Shown here one piece after another: positions 17,866 through 27,625 of a stretch of DNA of 64,000 bases. The notes beneath the pieces were generated by a model, which was not told the DNA's origin, made no database searches, and saw only the letters and a list, made by a program, of their open reading frames with translations. This stretch comes from Candidatus Omnitrophota bacterium (lineage in GTDB: Bacteria > Omnitrophota > Gorgyraeia > Zapsychrales > JAHFFX01), in NCBI GenBank assembly GCA_023247705.1, contig JAHFFY010000001.1:33358-97357 (forward strand), written 5' to 3'. The first letter of the stretch is position 1. Each line of letters begins with the position of its first letter. A program made the translations under genes and the position numbers.

Positions 17866-18750
17866 ATGTATCTTCAATTTTACGGATTTCAGGAACCACC
17901 ATTTAATATTACCCCAAATTCGCGTTTCTTTTTTTCCAGCACAAAGCACACGGAAGCCTTGAGTACTCTTGTTTATGCGATTTCGGAACGCAAAGGGTTC
18001 GTTGTGATAACCGGGGATATCGGTTCCGGCAAAACAACCGTATGCCGGGCGCTGGTCAACAAGCTGGATTCAAGAACCCAAATTGCCTTGATTACAAACA
18101 CGCTGATGAGCGGGAGAGATTTGATTACGACCATTCTAGAAGATTTAGAAGTCGATTTTACCTCCGGATCCAAGGCCAAACTTCTTTCTCAATTGAATTC
18201 ATATCTGATCGAACAATTGCGAAGCAACAATAACGTCGTTTTAATCATTGATGAAGCCCAGAATTTAACACCTTCCGTGCTAGAAGAGGTCCGCTTGTTA
18301 TCCAATTTAGAAACTGAAAATGAGAAATTGATACAAATTATTTTTCTTGGGCAACCTGAGCTTAAGAAAAAATTAGCGTTAAGTAAATTAGAGCAGCTCA
18401 GACAGCGTATTGCGGTCTTTTATCACCTTTATCCATTAACACAAAAAGAAACTCATGAATATGTGCTCCATCGGTTGAAAGTCGCCAGTGGAAGTGATCG
18501 GAATTATTTGACTCCGGAGGCCTTGGAACTGGTCTATCAGTTTTCCAAAGGGATTCCGCGATTAGTTAATCAAATTTGTGATAGCGCGTTTTTAACCGGG
18601 TATATCAACGAATCCAAAATAATCGATGCGACGATTTTGAAAGAAGTCATTGCTGAATCTCCGATGACGTTAATCGGAGATGGCACGAAGAAGGATATCA
18701 ATGTCTCGTCTTTAGATGACGATCTGCCCAAGGCATGGCTACGCGGATAA
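17866..18750 (+). CDS. ExeA/GspA-like AAA ATPase (PEP-CTERM locus secretion-ATPase family)
   Basis: Walker A GDIGSGKTT; Walker B IIDEAQNL; ExeA-like architecture. Confidence 0.7.
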   Translation: MYLQFYGFQEPPFNITPNSRFFFSSTKHTEALSTLVYAISERKGFVVITGDIGSGKTTVCRALVNKLDSRTQIALITNTLMSGRDLITTILEDLEVDFTSGSKAKLLSQLNSYLIEQLRSNNNVVLIIDEAQNLTPSVLEEVRLLSNLETENEKLIQIIFLGQPELKKKLALSKLEQLRQRIAVFYHLYPLTQKETHEYVLHRLKVASGSDRNYLTPEALELVYQFSKGIPRLVNQICDSAFLTGYINESKIIDATILKEVIAESPMTLIGDGTKKDINVSSLDDDLPKAWLRG

Positions 18751-18805
18751 TCAACGTTTCTAGAAATGGAAAAGTATCTCAGTGATCTAGGGAGGATTTT
18801 AAGTT

Positions 18806-19522
18806 ATGAGCAAAGTCTTGAAAGCACAAAAAGAATTAGGCGAGGGAAGAAAGATCAAATTCAGTCTGTTGTCGTTGCCCCACGCTCACGATGATTTAAA
18901 TCATGGCGCTTCTTCAATGGCCACAGAAAACGAAGGGCTAGAATCTCCCGAGTCGACCCAATCCCAGCCATCTGCTAAAAACCATTCCAAAGAACGCAAT
19001 CATCTGGAATTTTCTGGAGAAAAGAAAAGATCCAATTTTAAGCATATGATGCCGGTTATTTTTTTGGTTGCAGTTTTTGGATTCTCCTTGATGATTTTTA
19101 GTTTGAAGATCCTGGAGGAATTAAAATCGTTAGAAACGGCATCCGCAGATATTCATAAGAATTTTCTTTCGCAAAATGCCAAATTGATCGAGTTGGAGCA
19201 TTCTTGGGAGGAGTTCAGAATGAAATCACTGAATGATATCACTCAGATCATCAATGACCAAGAGGATTTTATGCAAACCGCAAAAACATCACAAACCGCT
19301 TTATTTAAAGTCTCCAACAATGTGGCAGGTTTGAACTCTACGATCATGAACATGGAGAATAATTTACAGAAGAATCAAGAACGGCTTAATGAACTTTATT
19401 CAAGTCATTTAACCTTACAGACGATGGTGAGTGACATGAATGAGAGTGTACAGCAGATCCAAATGAAATTGGATACTAATCCTACTGAGGGAGTAAGAGG
19501 AAAAGAAAGTTCTGTCCAATAG
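18806..19522 (+). CDS. Hypothetical bitopic membrane protein with periplasmic coiled-coil (possible ExeB-like partner)
   Basis: Single TM (MMPVIFLVAVFGFSLMIFSL) after a ~75-aa charged N-terminus; coiled-coil C-terminus; sits directly after the ExeA-like ATPase. Confidence 0.35.
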   Translation: MSKVLKAQKELGEGRKIKFSLLSLPHAHDDLNHGASSMATENEGLESPESTQSQPSAKNHSKERNHLEFSGEKKRSNFKHMMPVIFLVAVFGFSLMIFSLKILEELKSLETASADIHKNFLSQNAKLIELEHSWEEFRMKSLNDITQIINDQEDFMQTAKTSQTALFKVSNNVAGLNSTIMNMENNLQKNQERLNELYSSHLTLQTMVSDMNESVQQIQMKLDTNPTEGVRGKESSVQ

Positions 19523-19553
19523 ACAGTCATCTTAAGAAAGGGCAAAGACGAAC

Positions 19554-20339
19554 ATGGGAAAAATCACGAGTGCATTGAAAAAAGCCGCGGATGAACGGTT
19601 CCAAAGAATAGATAAGATCAATCGGATCAAAGAGCAAGATCGTTTAATTATTAAAAAAATGGGGTCTTCCAGCATTGATCCGCGATTAATCACTTATTTC
19701 GATCCCAAGGCACTGATTACGGAACAATATAAAATCTTGAGGACCAATTTTCTTTCCATCAATAAAGGCCGCCCCCCGAAAATCGTCGTGGTGACAAGTG
19801 CCTTGCATTCAGAAGGGAAGACAATTACTGCACTCAATTTAGCCATTGCTTTGGCGCAAACGACCAATAAACCAAGAATTCTGTTGATTGACGCCGATTT
19901 GCGCCGTGGCCGTATCGCTAAGTATCTCGGAGTTGACCAGAATTCAGGCTTAAGCGATCTTTTGAGCGCTAGAGCCTCGTTGGATCAAGTTTTATTCAGT
20001 ATTGATCTTGAGAATTTAAGTTTTATTGCGCCGGGATCTCCTCCGGAAAATCCCTCAGAGCTTCTTTCATCTGAAAATATGAAAACTTTACTGAATGAAG
20101 TCAAACACCAATTTGATTTTGTTTTGATTGATACTCCCCCCATTATTGCGGTGACTGATTCGGGAGTTTTAGGTTCTATGGTTGACGGTGTCCTTATGGT
20201 TGTGCAAGCTGGCCGAACCCAGCGCGGGATCATCAATCGGGCCACTGAACTTCTCGAGCAAGCTCACGCGAAATTGATAGGCCATGTGCTAACAAATATC
20301 GAATATCATCTTCCAGAATATATCTATCGGTATTTGTAA
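19554..20339 (+). CDS. Tyrosine-protein kinase (BY-kinase) cytoplasmic ATPase domain (CpsD/Wzc C-terminal-like)
   Basis: ParA/MinD-type Walker A (TSALHSEGKTITALNLA), A' (LLIDADLRRG) and B (VLIDTPP); C-terminal Tyr cluster EYHLPEYIYRY. Confidence 0.8.
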   Translation: MGKITSALKKAADERFQRIDKINRIKEQDRLIIKKMGSSSIDPRLITYFDPKALITEQYKILRTNFLSINKGRPPKIVVVTSALHSEGKTITALNLAIALAQTTNKPRILLIDADLRRGRIAKYLGVDQNSGLSDLLSARASLDQVLFSIDLENLSFIAPGSPPENPSELLSSENMKTLLNEVKHQFDFVLIDTPPIIAVTDSGVLGSMVDGVLMVVQAGRTQRGIINRATELLEQAHAKLIGHVLTNIEYHLPEYIYRYL

Positions 20340-20403
20340 CAAAATTATATTTAACATATCGGAATTTATTACGAATTCATTTTAACGATCATCAAGAGGA
20401 GAG

Positions 20404-21381
20404 ATGATGGAAAAATATTTAATTACTGGTGGAGCTGGTTTTGTAGGATCTAACATTGCAGAGCATCTTATCCGGCAAGGACATTTCGTCCGGGTGCTGG
20501 ATAACTTCTATACGGGTAAAGAAGAGAATTTAGTTTTTACACAGAGCTTGGGCAAAAAACAGTTCGAATTGATCCGAGGCGATATTAGAGATAAATCCAT
20601 GTGTGAACAAGCGACTCAGGGAATGGATTATGTTCTTCACCAGGCCGCGTTGCGTTCGGTCCCGAAATCGCTGCAAGACCCCCAAAGTTATAATGATGTC
20701 AATATTAATGGGATTTTAACGATGTTGCAGGCGTCCGCGAAGAATAAAGTAAAACGGTTTGTATTCGCGTCTTCAAGTTCGGTCTATGGTGACACAACCA
20801 TCTTCCCTCAAACGGAAGAGCATCTACCGTTACTGATTTCTCCCTATGCCTTAAGTAAATTAGCCGGAGAATATTATTGCCGTATATTTTCTGAATTTTT
20901 TAATTTAGAAACGGTTTGTTTGCGTTATTTCAATATTTTTGGACCCAAGCAGGCGCTTGATGATGAATATGCCGTCGTGATTCCAAAATTTATACATTGT
21001 ATTCTGCATGATCAACCGCCGCCCATCTTCGGGACAGGGAAACAATCCAGAAATTTTACGTATATCGATAACGTGATATTGGCCAATATTCTTGCCGCGA
21101 CAACTCTGGGGATCAAACATGAGGTTTTCAACGTGGCCAGCGGAAAAGATAATACGGTATTAGAACTCGTTAGAGTCATCAATCAAGTTCTCAAGAAAAA
21201 TGTAGAGCCTAAATTTTTGCCGGTCAGAGCCGGCGACATTTTCAGAACAAACGCGGATCTTTCGAAAATTGAGAAGATTTTAAAATATAAGTCATTGGTC
21301 GATTTCCAGGATGGGATTGAAAGAACAATCAATTATTTCAGAACAAAATGGGCAAAAAATTATTCTGCTGCACAAAATTGA
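20404..21381 (+). CDS. NAD-dependent sugar epimerase/dehydratase (UDP-sugar 4-epimerase, WbpP/TviC-like)
   Basis: GGAGFVGS Rossmann motif; YxxxK (YALSK) catalytic dyad; SDR-extended fold. Confidence 0.8.
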   Translation: MMEKYLITGGAGFVGSNIAEHLIRQGHFVRVLDNFYTGKEENLVFTQSLGKKQFELIRGDIRDKSMCEQATQGMDYVLHQAALRSVPKSLQDPQSYNDVNINGILTMLQASAKNKVKRFVFASSSSVYGDTTIFPQTEEHLPLLISPYALSKLAGEYYCRIFSEFFNLETVCLRYFNIFGPKQALDDEYAVVIPKFIHCILHDQPPPIFGTGKQSRNFTYIDNVILANILAATTLGIKHEVFNVASGKDNTVLELVRVINQVLKKNVEPKFLPVRAGDIFRTNADLSKIEKILKYKSLVDFQDGIERTINYFRTKWAKNYSAAQN

Positions 21382-21493
21382 TGGGATTTTACAGTTTTGT
21401 GTAGCAATATTTTCTCCAGAGAATATTGCTGCGAAGCAAAAGAAACCAGTCCGATTGCTTTCGTGAAGGAGAATAATTTAATTCCTTGAAACC

Positions 21494-22528
21494 ATGATCA
21501 TTCAATACTTAAAATCAAAGCTAAAGTTGCTAGTCTGTCATTTTATTCTGTATTCCGGAATTCTGCATTGTTATATTGAATTCGTTTACAAAAGACGAAG
21601 ATCTTTTCCTCTTATTATCATCAACTACCACGGATTTTTTACGAATATTGATCAGCTAATCGATTCCGGACATTCGGTCTCACACCGGATTAGTGATTTC
21701 AGGAAAGAACTTAAATTTTTACGGCGATACTTTAAGCTGATCTCGCTCGATGAAGCTGTCCAGGCCCTGAAGAAGAACAAACAGTTCGACCAGCCAACCA
21801 TCACCCTGACCGTGGATGATGGATATAAGAATAATTTTGAAATCCTTTTTCCTGTTTTAAAAGAAACCAATACGCCGATCACCATATTTTTAACGGCCGG
21901 TTTAATCGGAACAAAAGACAGAACCTGGGTGAGCCAGATGGGAGATATGATTTTAAAAGCTTCTGGGGAATCGCTTAAACTTAACGGGCTTTTCTCCAAA
22001 CAATCCTTTTCCCTGAAATCATTGGCGGACAAACGTCGGACATACGCGAAGATTTTAGGGAAATTGAAAGATTTATCAAATTCCGACCGGAATCAATATC
22101 TGAAAGAAATTGAACATCTGCTCGGTGGTGTGACGTACGATACTCCGGATATGTTGAACTGGGATGATGCGCGTATGATGCAAAAGCATAATGTGTTTTT
22201 CGGCGCCCATACCTGTAACCATCCGATCCTTACCAATATTCCCTTGGAAGAAGCCAAAAAAGAAATCCTGGATTCTAAGAAAATGATTGAGAAAGAATTA
22301 GGCGTTCCGGTCAAGCATTTTGCCTATCCGAATGGCCGGCCGAGAGATTTTAATGAAGAGTTGCGTCAATACTGTAAAGAAATCGGTCTGGAAAGCATTG
22401 CCACGTGTGATTACGGTCATAATCATCGTCCGGATGATATCTGGGCGTTAAAACGCATCGGTCCGCCTTTGCCGGTCAGTATTTATGCGTTCAATATTTT
22501 TCGGGCGTTATTGAAGAGAGGTTCGTGA
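21494..22528 (+). CDS. Polysaccharide deacetylase (NodB-homology domain)
   Basis: TLTVDDGY, catalytic Asp-Asp and His motifs of carbohydrate esterase family 4. Confidence 0.7.
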   Translation: MIIQYLKSKLKLLVCHFILYSGILHCYIEFVYKRRRSFPLIIINYHGFFTNIDQLIDSGHSVSHRISDFRKELKFLRRYFKLISLDEAVQALKKNKQFDQPTITLTVDDGYKNNFEILFPVLKETNTPITIFLTAGLIGTKDRTWVSQMGDMILKASGESLKLNGLFSKQSFSLKSLADKRRTYAKILGKLKDLSNSDRNQYLKEIEHLLGGVTYDTPDMLNWDDARMMQKHNVFFGAHTCNHPILTNIPLEEAKKEILDSKKMIEKELGVPVKHFAYPNGRPRDFNEELRQYCKEIGLESIATCDYGHNHRPDDIWALKRIGPPLPVSIYAFNIFRALLKRGS

Positions 22529-23730
22529 TGGCAAAAAGATATTCGATTCCAGCAATTGTTTTAGGGATGACCGCCAATGGGTTGGGGGTGGTTCGGTCTT
22601 TGGCCCGTAACGGCGTTAAGGTTTATGCCCTGGATTCCTATATTCATCGTCCGGCGATGAAGACACGATATGCGACCTGCTTAAGCTGTCCGGACGTTCA
22701 AAAGAATCCGAAAGCGTTTAGCAGTTTTCTATTAAAACTAACCGATGAGGTAGGGGGAAAGGCCGTTCTGTTTCCTACCAGCGACGCGCACAACGAATAT
22801 GTGAATGAATACCGCAACCTTCTCGACCCTTCGTTATTCTTCTCGATCTCTCCCAAACCCGTCATGGACCAATTGCTGAACAAAAAAGGTCAATATGAAA
22901 TAGCTGTTCGTTATGGAATTCCATCTCCAAAAACATTTTTTCCCGAGACCATTGAACAGATCGAAAAAATATCCCAAGAATTAAAATATCCCGTGATCCT
23001 TAAGGGGCTGAGCACAGGCAATTGGCGCGCCAGGTTCGGTGATCAGAAAGCTGTTGTGGTCAAGACGTCTCAAGAACTGATTGAATCGTATCGTTCGATC
23101 CATCAAATCGGCCAGATTGAAACGATTCTGCAAGAGATTATCCCGGGCGAGGACACAAGGCACTATAAAATTTGCGTCTACATGAATAAGGCCGGCGAAC
23201 CGCTTTTGACATTTACACTACAAAAAATCCGTCAGTATCCCTGTGATTTCGGCATTGGATCCAGTGTCATCAGCGTTTGGATCCCCGAAATTGCTGAGAT
23301 GGGAATTAAATTTATGAAAAAGATGGGGTATTGTGGCGTGGGTTCGATTGAGTTTAAAAAAGACACTCGCGATGAACAGTTTAAGATGATCGAGATCAAT
23401 CCCCGGCTCTGGGCGCAAAACAGCCTTCCGGAAGCCTGTGGACAGAATTTCGCGTTCACGGCCTATCTGGATCTTCTGGGAGAAAAGGTTGAGGCCAAAG
23501 CAAAATTCAAGGAAGGAATAAAATGGATTGCCCTCAACGTTGATCGTGCCTCATTTAAAGGTTATCTTGCCCAGGGCAGGATCACCTGGGGAAAATGGCT
23601 GAAAAGTATTTTAACGGGCCGCCGGACATGGGCGATTTGGGCGATGGATGATCCGATGCCGTTTTTGACGGCCATTAAGTTCGGATTTTTACCTTTTGAA
23701 AAAGTCATTTCCCGTTTACAACGAAAATAA
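22525..23730 (+). CDS. ATP-grasp domain protein (carboxylate-amine ligase)
   Basis: ATP-grasp motifs including IEINPRLW (Mg-binding E-x-N). Paralogous to 37394..38566. Confidence 0.6.
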   Translation: MMAKRYSIPAIVLGMTANGLGVVRSLARNGVKVYALDSYIHRPAMKTRYATCLSCPDVQKNPKAFSSFLLKLTDEVGGKAVLFPTSDAHNEYVNEYRNLLDPSLFFSISPKPVMDQLLNKKGQYEIAVRYGIPSPKTFFPETIEQIEKISQELKYPVILKGLSTGNWRARFGDQKAVVVKTSQELIESYRSIHQIGQIETILQEIIPGEDTRHYKICVYMNKAGEPLLTFTLQKIRQYPCDFGIGSSVISVWIPEIAEMGIKFMKKMGYCGVGSIEFKKDTRDEQFKMIEINPRLWAQNSLPEACGQNFAFTAYLDLLGEKVEAKAKFKEGIKWIALNVDRASFKGYLAQGRITWGKWLKSILTGRRTWAIWAMDDPMPFLTAIKFGFLPFEKVISRLQRK

Positions 23731-23750
23731 CCCGGCTGGGCAAAGAACCG

Positions 23751-24851
23751 ATGGACAATTCCGAAATTCAGACAACAACGATCAAAAACGTCGAATCATT
23801 CATAAAATTACGCACCGAATGGAACGACCTTCTTAAAGAAACCGGAAATCAGACCCCGTTTATCCGGCATGAATGGTTAAGCGCCTGGTGGACCGCTTAT
23901 GGGAAAGACAAAGAACTCTGTGTCGTCTGCTTTAAAAAAGGCGGACGATTGGTCGGATTTATTCCTTTAATGCGCTATCAAAGCAAATTCTTGGGAATGA
24001 ATCTCGCGGTCCTCGGCTTCATGGCGAATCATTGGGTGGAGCTCGACATCGTTGCTACTGCGGCCGAACGGGAAGATTGTCTTAAGAATTTCTTGAAGAT
24101 GGTGCAAAAAGAAAAACGGATGGTCATCCTTTCGCACTTTTGCGAGACATCGCCGGTATTTGAACGCTGGCTGGAGCTTCTTTCTCAAGCCTCATTAAAA
24201 TTCAAGCTTAAAAAGATGTCCGTGCCGTATATCAAACTTGAAGACTCCTGGGAAGGATATTTAAAGAAACGGACGTATCGGTTTCGCGCGGAATATAAGA
24301 AGAAGTTTAAGAGTCTGAAAGAAAAAGGCACATACCAGCTTGTACGCTACCAAAAGAATTCCGACTTTAACGACGCCTTAAAACAGGCCGAGGAGATTGT
24401 GGTCAACAGCTGGCAAGGTAAAAACGGGGTGGCGATCCTCTCCCAAGAGGAAGGAAAATTTTTTTATCAAGAATTGATCAAGACTTGGGGACCGCTGGAG
24501 CAGATCGATATATCGATTTTGAAACTAGACGACAAACCGCTCGCGTATCTCATCGGATTCATCGCGGAGGGATGTTTTCATGTATTCGATACCGGGTACG
24601 ACGATAATTACAAAAATGATTCACCGGGCATGGTCATCCATAATCTTTTGCTGGAGATCCTGCATTCAAGCGGCCTGAAAGAATTTAATTTCGGTTATAT
24701 GGCCGATTATAAAAAGCGTTGGACCGAAGACGCACGCGTCATCTCCGACTGCTTGATCTTCGCCAAAGGCCCGATGGGAGAAGTGCTTTGGCAGGCCAAC
24801 CGTTTAAAGGAACGAATCAAAAACAAGAAAGTGGAAGTTGCCAAAGATTAA
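23751..24851 (+). CDS. FemAB/CelD-like GNAT-fold acyltransferase (PEP-CTERM locus-associated type)
   Basis: Size and N-terminal region (FIRHEWLSAWW) resemble the CelD/BioF2-like FemAB-related family. Confidence 0.45.
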   Translation: MDNSEIQTTTIKNVESFIKLRTEWNDLLKETGNQTPFIRHEWLSAWWTAYGKDKELCVVCFKKGGRLVGFIPLMRYQSKFLGMNLAVLGFMANHWVELDIVATAAEREDCLKNFLKMVQKEKRMVILSHFCETSPVFERWLELLSQASLKFKLKKMSVPYIKLEDSWEGYLKKRTYRFRAEYKKKFKSLKEKGTYQLVRYQKNSDFNDALKQAEEIVVNSWQGKNGVAILSQEEGKFFYQELIKTWGPLEQIDISILKLDDKPLAYLIGFIAEGCFHVFDTGYDDNYKNDSPGMVIHNLLLEILHSSGLKEFNFGYMADYKKRWTEDARVISDCLIFAKGPMGEVLWQANRLKERIKNKKVEVAKD

Positions 24852-24890
24852 TCGCTCTGATTAAACAGCTTTAGAATAGGAAGGGAGAAT

Positions 24891-25676
24891 ATGAAGCAGA
24901 TATTGGAACAAATCTTAAAATACCGCGACCTCTTGTTCATGCTGACCTTAAGAGACATCAAGATCCGCTACAAGCAGGCGGTCATGGGATTCTTGTGGGC
25001 CATTTTCATGCCGATGGTGGCGGTGGCATCAGGACTTTTGATCAAAAAGGCCATGTCCGTCGTTTCGGGAAAACCAATGGATTTAGCGAGTGTTGTTTCG
25101 ATATCGGTCAAAGTCCTTCCCTGGACGTTTTTTGTGAGCGCGATCAAATTTTCGGTTCAAACACTGGTTGGAAACAGCAATTTAGTGACCAAGATTTATT
25201 TCCCGCGGGTTGTGCTGCCGTTGTCTTCGATTTTGGCCTGTCTTTTTGATTTTGGTATCGCGATTCTTGTTTTGAGCGTCCTTTTGATCATTGCCAAGAT
25301 TGGTATCAGTGTTTACATCCTATGGTTGCCGATTGTTCTTTTCTTGCTGGTTTTGTTTACCGCAGGAACAGGGATCCTCTTAGCTTCGATCAATCTGTTT
25401 TTGCGAGATGTTAAATATATTGTAGAAGTCATCTTGATGTTCGGGATATTTTTTACACCAGTTTTCTATGACGCCAGCAGCGTTGGCGAATGGAAAATAT
25501 TTTTATTGTTAAATCCGATCGGAAGTTTATTGGAGTCGATCAATCGGGTTGTGGTACTTCATCAGATGCCTGATTTATTCTGGCTGACGTACGCAGGGTT
25601 TTGTTCCGTCGTGATATTTTTTTTAGGGATTATTATTTTTCATAGACAGGAACCTTATTTTGCCGAGAATATATAA
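24891..25676 (+). CDS. wzm: ABC-2 type polysaccharide export permease (Wzm)
   Basis: Six TM helices; ABC-2 signature region; precedes the Wzt ATPase. Confidence 0.8.
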   Translation: MKQILEQILKYRDLLFMLTLRDIKIRYKQAVMGFLWAIFMPMVAVASGLLIKKAMSVVSGKPMDLASVVSISVKVLPWTFFVSAIKFSVQTLVGNSNLVTKIYFPRVVLPLSSILACLFDFGIAILVLSVLLIIAKIGISVYILWLPIVLFLLVLFTAGTGILLASINLFLRDVKYIVEVILMFGIFFTPVFYDASSVGEWKIFLLLNPIGSLLESINRVVVLHQMPDLFWLTYAGFCSVVIFFLGIIIFHRQEPYFAENI

Positions 25677-25690
25677 AATTGGAGAAATAA

Positions 25691-26926
25691 ATGGGCATAG
25701 CGATAGAGTTTAATGACGTTTGGAAAAAATTTAGGAGGGGAGAGAAACGGAATTCGCTACGCGATGCGGTGCCTTACTTGTTCAAGAAAATCTCCCAAAA
25801 AAACGATAGTTTAGAGAGTAAAGAGTTCTGGGCCGTCCAAGGAGTCAGTTTTGATATTGCCAAAGGGGACGTTGTTGGCATTATGGGACCCAATGGCGCT
25901 GGAAAAAGCACTATTCTCAAATTACTTTCCCAAATAATCATTCCTAACAAAGGGGAAATGAAAATTAACGGAAAACTTTCCGCCCTTATTGAAGTCACGG
26001 CGGGATTTCATTCTGACTTAACCGGAAGAGAAAATGTTTACTTAAACGGCACCATATTAGGAATGAAGAAACGGGAAATTGATAAAAAATTTGATGCGAT
26101 TGCTGAGTTTTCCGGAGTCAGTGAATTCATTGATACTCCGGTCAAGCGGTATTCCTCCGGAATGTGCTCCCGGCTTGGATTCTCGGTGGCGGCGCATATG
26201 GATCCAGATATTCTTTTAGTGGATGAAGTATTGTCGGTTGGGGATATTTCATTCCAGGCTAAATGCGCTCAGAAGATGAGAGAGCTTTTGAAATCCGGTT
26301 CGACGATTGTTTTGGTTTCCCATCATCTTTCACTCATTCAAAGTCTGTGCAAACGGGTCATACTGCTGAACCGCGGCGAAGTCTTGAAGGATGGACTGAC
26401 CGATGAAGTAATCCCTTATTATGAAAATTTGGTTTTTAAGAGTCAGGAAGAAGATTTAAAGAAGAAAATAACGTCCTCCTCAAATTATAAGGTTCGAGTT
26501 AAGGCGGACATTGCTGTTGAAATCAGCGGCTGTCAGATAACCGACGGGCAGAAGAAACAGAAAAATACTTATCACAGTTTGGATGAGATTAATCTCAAGC
26601 TTGAGTATACCGCGCAAAAAAAGATTGATCAGCCGGTTTTTTGTATTGAAATTATTCGGGCGGATGGTGTCCTTTGCTGTACGTCAAGGACGAAGGATAC
26701 GGGTTTTGTCATTCCTTATATTGAAGGTAAAGGCAGGATTGATGTGAATTTAAGAGCGATGAATTTAGGACCAGGTATTTATATGTTAAAGATTTCCGTG
26801 TGGGATAAAGATCTCATTCATCCGTTTGCGGTCCGGCATTCCGATGTCTTGCGCATTGAAGCCGAACGAGGCTATATAGACTCGGGGGCTGTGTTTATAC
26901 CCCAATCTCAATGGAATCAGGAATAA
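25691..26926 (+). CDS. wzt: Polysaccharide ABC transporter ATP-binding protein (Wzt) with C-terminal glycan-binding domain
   Basis: Walker A GPNGAGKST; signature YSSGM; Walker B ILLVDEVLSVGD; ~150-aa C-terminal beta-rich extension typical of Wzt that recognises a capped polymer terminus. Confidence 0.85.
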   Translation: MGIAIEFNDVWKKFRRGEKRNSLRDAVPYLFKKISQKNDSLESKEFWAVQGVSFDIAKGDVVGIMGPNGAGKSTILKLLSQIIIPNKGEMKINGKLSALIEVTAGFHSDLTGRENVYLNGTILGMKKREIDKKFDAIAEFSGVSEFIDTPVKRYSSGMCSRLGFSVAAHMDPDILLVDEVLSVGDISFQAKCAQKMRELLKSGSTIVLVSHHLSLIQSLCKRVILLNRGEVLKDGLTDEVIPYYENLVFKSQEEDLKKKITSSSNYKVRVKADIAVEISGCQITDGQKKQKNTYHSLDEINLKLEYTAQKKIDQPVFCIEIIRADGVLCCTSRTKDTGFVIPYIEGKGRIDVNLRAMNLGPGIYMLKISVWDKDLIHPFAVRHSDVLRIEAERGYIDSGAVFIPQSQWNQE

Positions 26927-26929
26927 GGT

Positions 26930-27619
26930 ATGCCGAAAATGCTGTTAGAAAATTTCCAGAAAATCCAAAATAGAATCATCGACTTTAAAAACAATAAAAA
27001 ATATCGTGCAATCTACGAAGAATTTAAAGACTACACGATAATTCCCAAAGAAACTTACATCGATAATTTAATCCTAGCCGATATTTACCGTAAAGTTGAT
27101 GGTGCAATCGTTGAATGTGGCGTTTGGCGAGGCGGAATGATTGCCGGGATTGCAAAATTGTTCTCGGATCAACGTGATTATTACTTGTTTGACAGTTTTG
27201 AAGGATTACCTCAAGCCAGGGACGTCGATGGGGAAGATACCATTCAGTGGCAGAAAGATCAAGACAATACGATGAAAGCAGAGATTGATTTTGCGCAAAA
27301 GGCTATGCGCTTATCCGGGACAAGAAATTATCATTTCATCAAAGGTTGGTTTAAAGACACTCTTCCAAAATTTAAGATGGATACTAAGATCGCCATCCTG
27401 AGATTAGATGGTGATTTATACGATTCAACCATGGACTGCCTCACGTATCTTTATCCTTTCTTGTCTGATGATGGGATCATCATTGTGGATGATTATTATT
27501 TCTGGGAAGGTTGTACAAAAGCAGTGCATGATTATTTATCAAAGCATCAACTGTGTTCCAGACTTAGACAGTTCGGTTGTTCTGTTTGCTATCTGATCAA
27601 AAAAGATAAGAAAATTTAA
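26930..27619 (+). CDS. TylF/MycF-family SAM-dependent O-methyltransferase
   Basis: ECGVWRGG, DSFEGLP and RLDGDLYDST motifs of the macrocin-O-methyltransferase family. Confidence 0.75.
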   Translation: MPKMLLENFQKIQNRIIDFKNNKKYRAIYEEFKDYTIIPKETYIDNLILADIYRKVDGAIVECGVWRGGMIAGIAKLFSDQRDYYLFDSFEGLPQARDVDGEDTIQWQKDQDNTMKAEIDFAQKAMRLSGTRNYHFIKGWFKDTLPKFKMDTKIAILRLDGDLYDSTMDCLTYLYPFLSDDGIIIVDDYYFWEGCTKAVHDYLSKHQLCSRLRQFGCSVCYLIKKDKKI

Positions 27620-27625
27620 TGTGAT

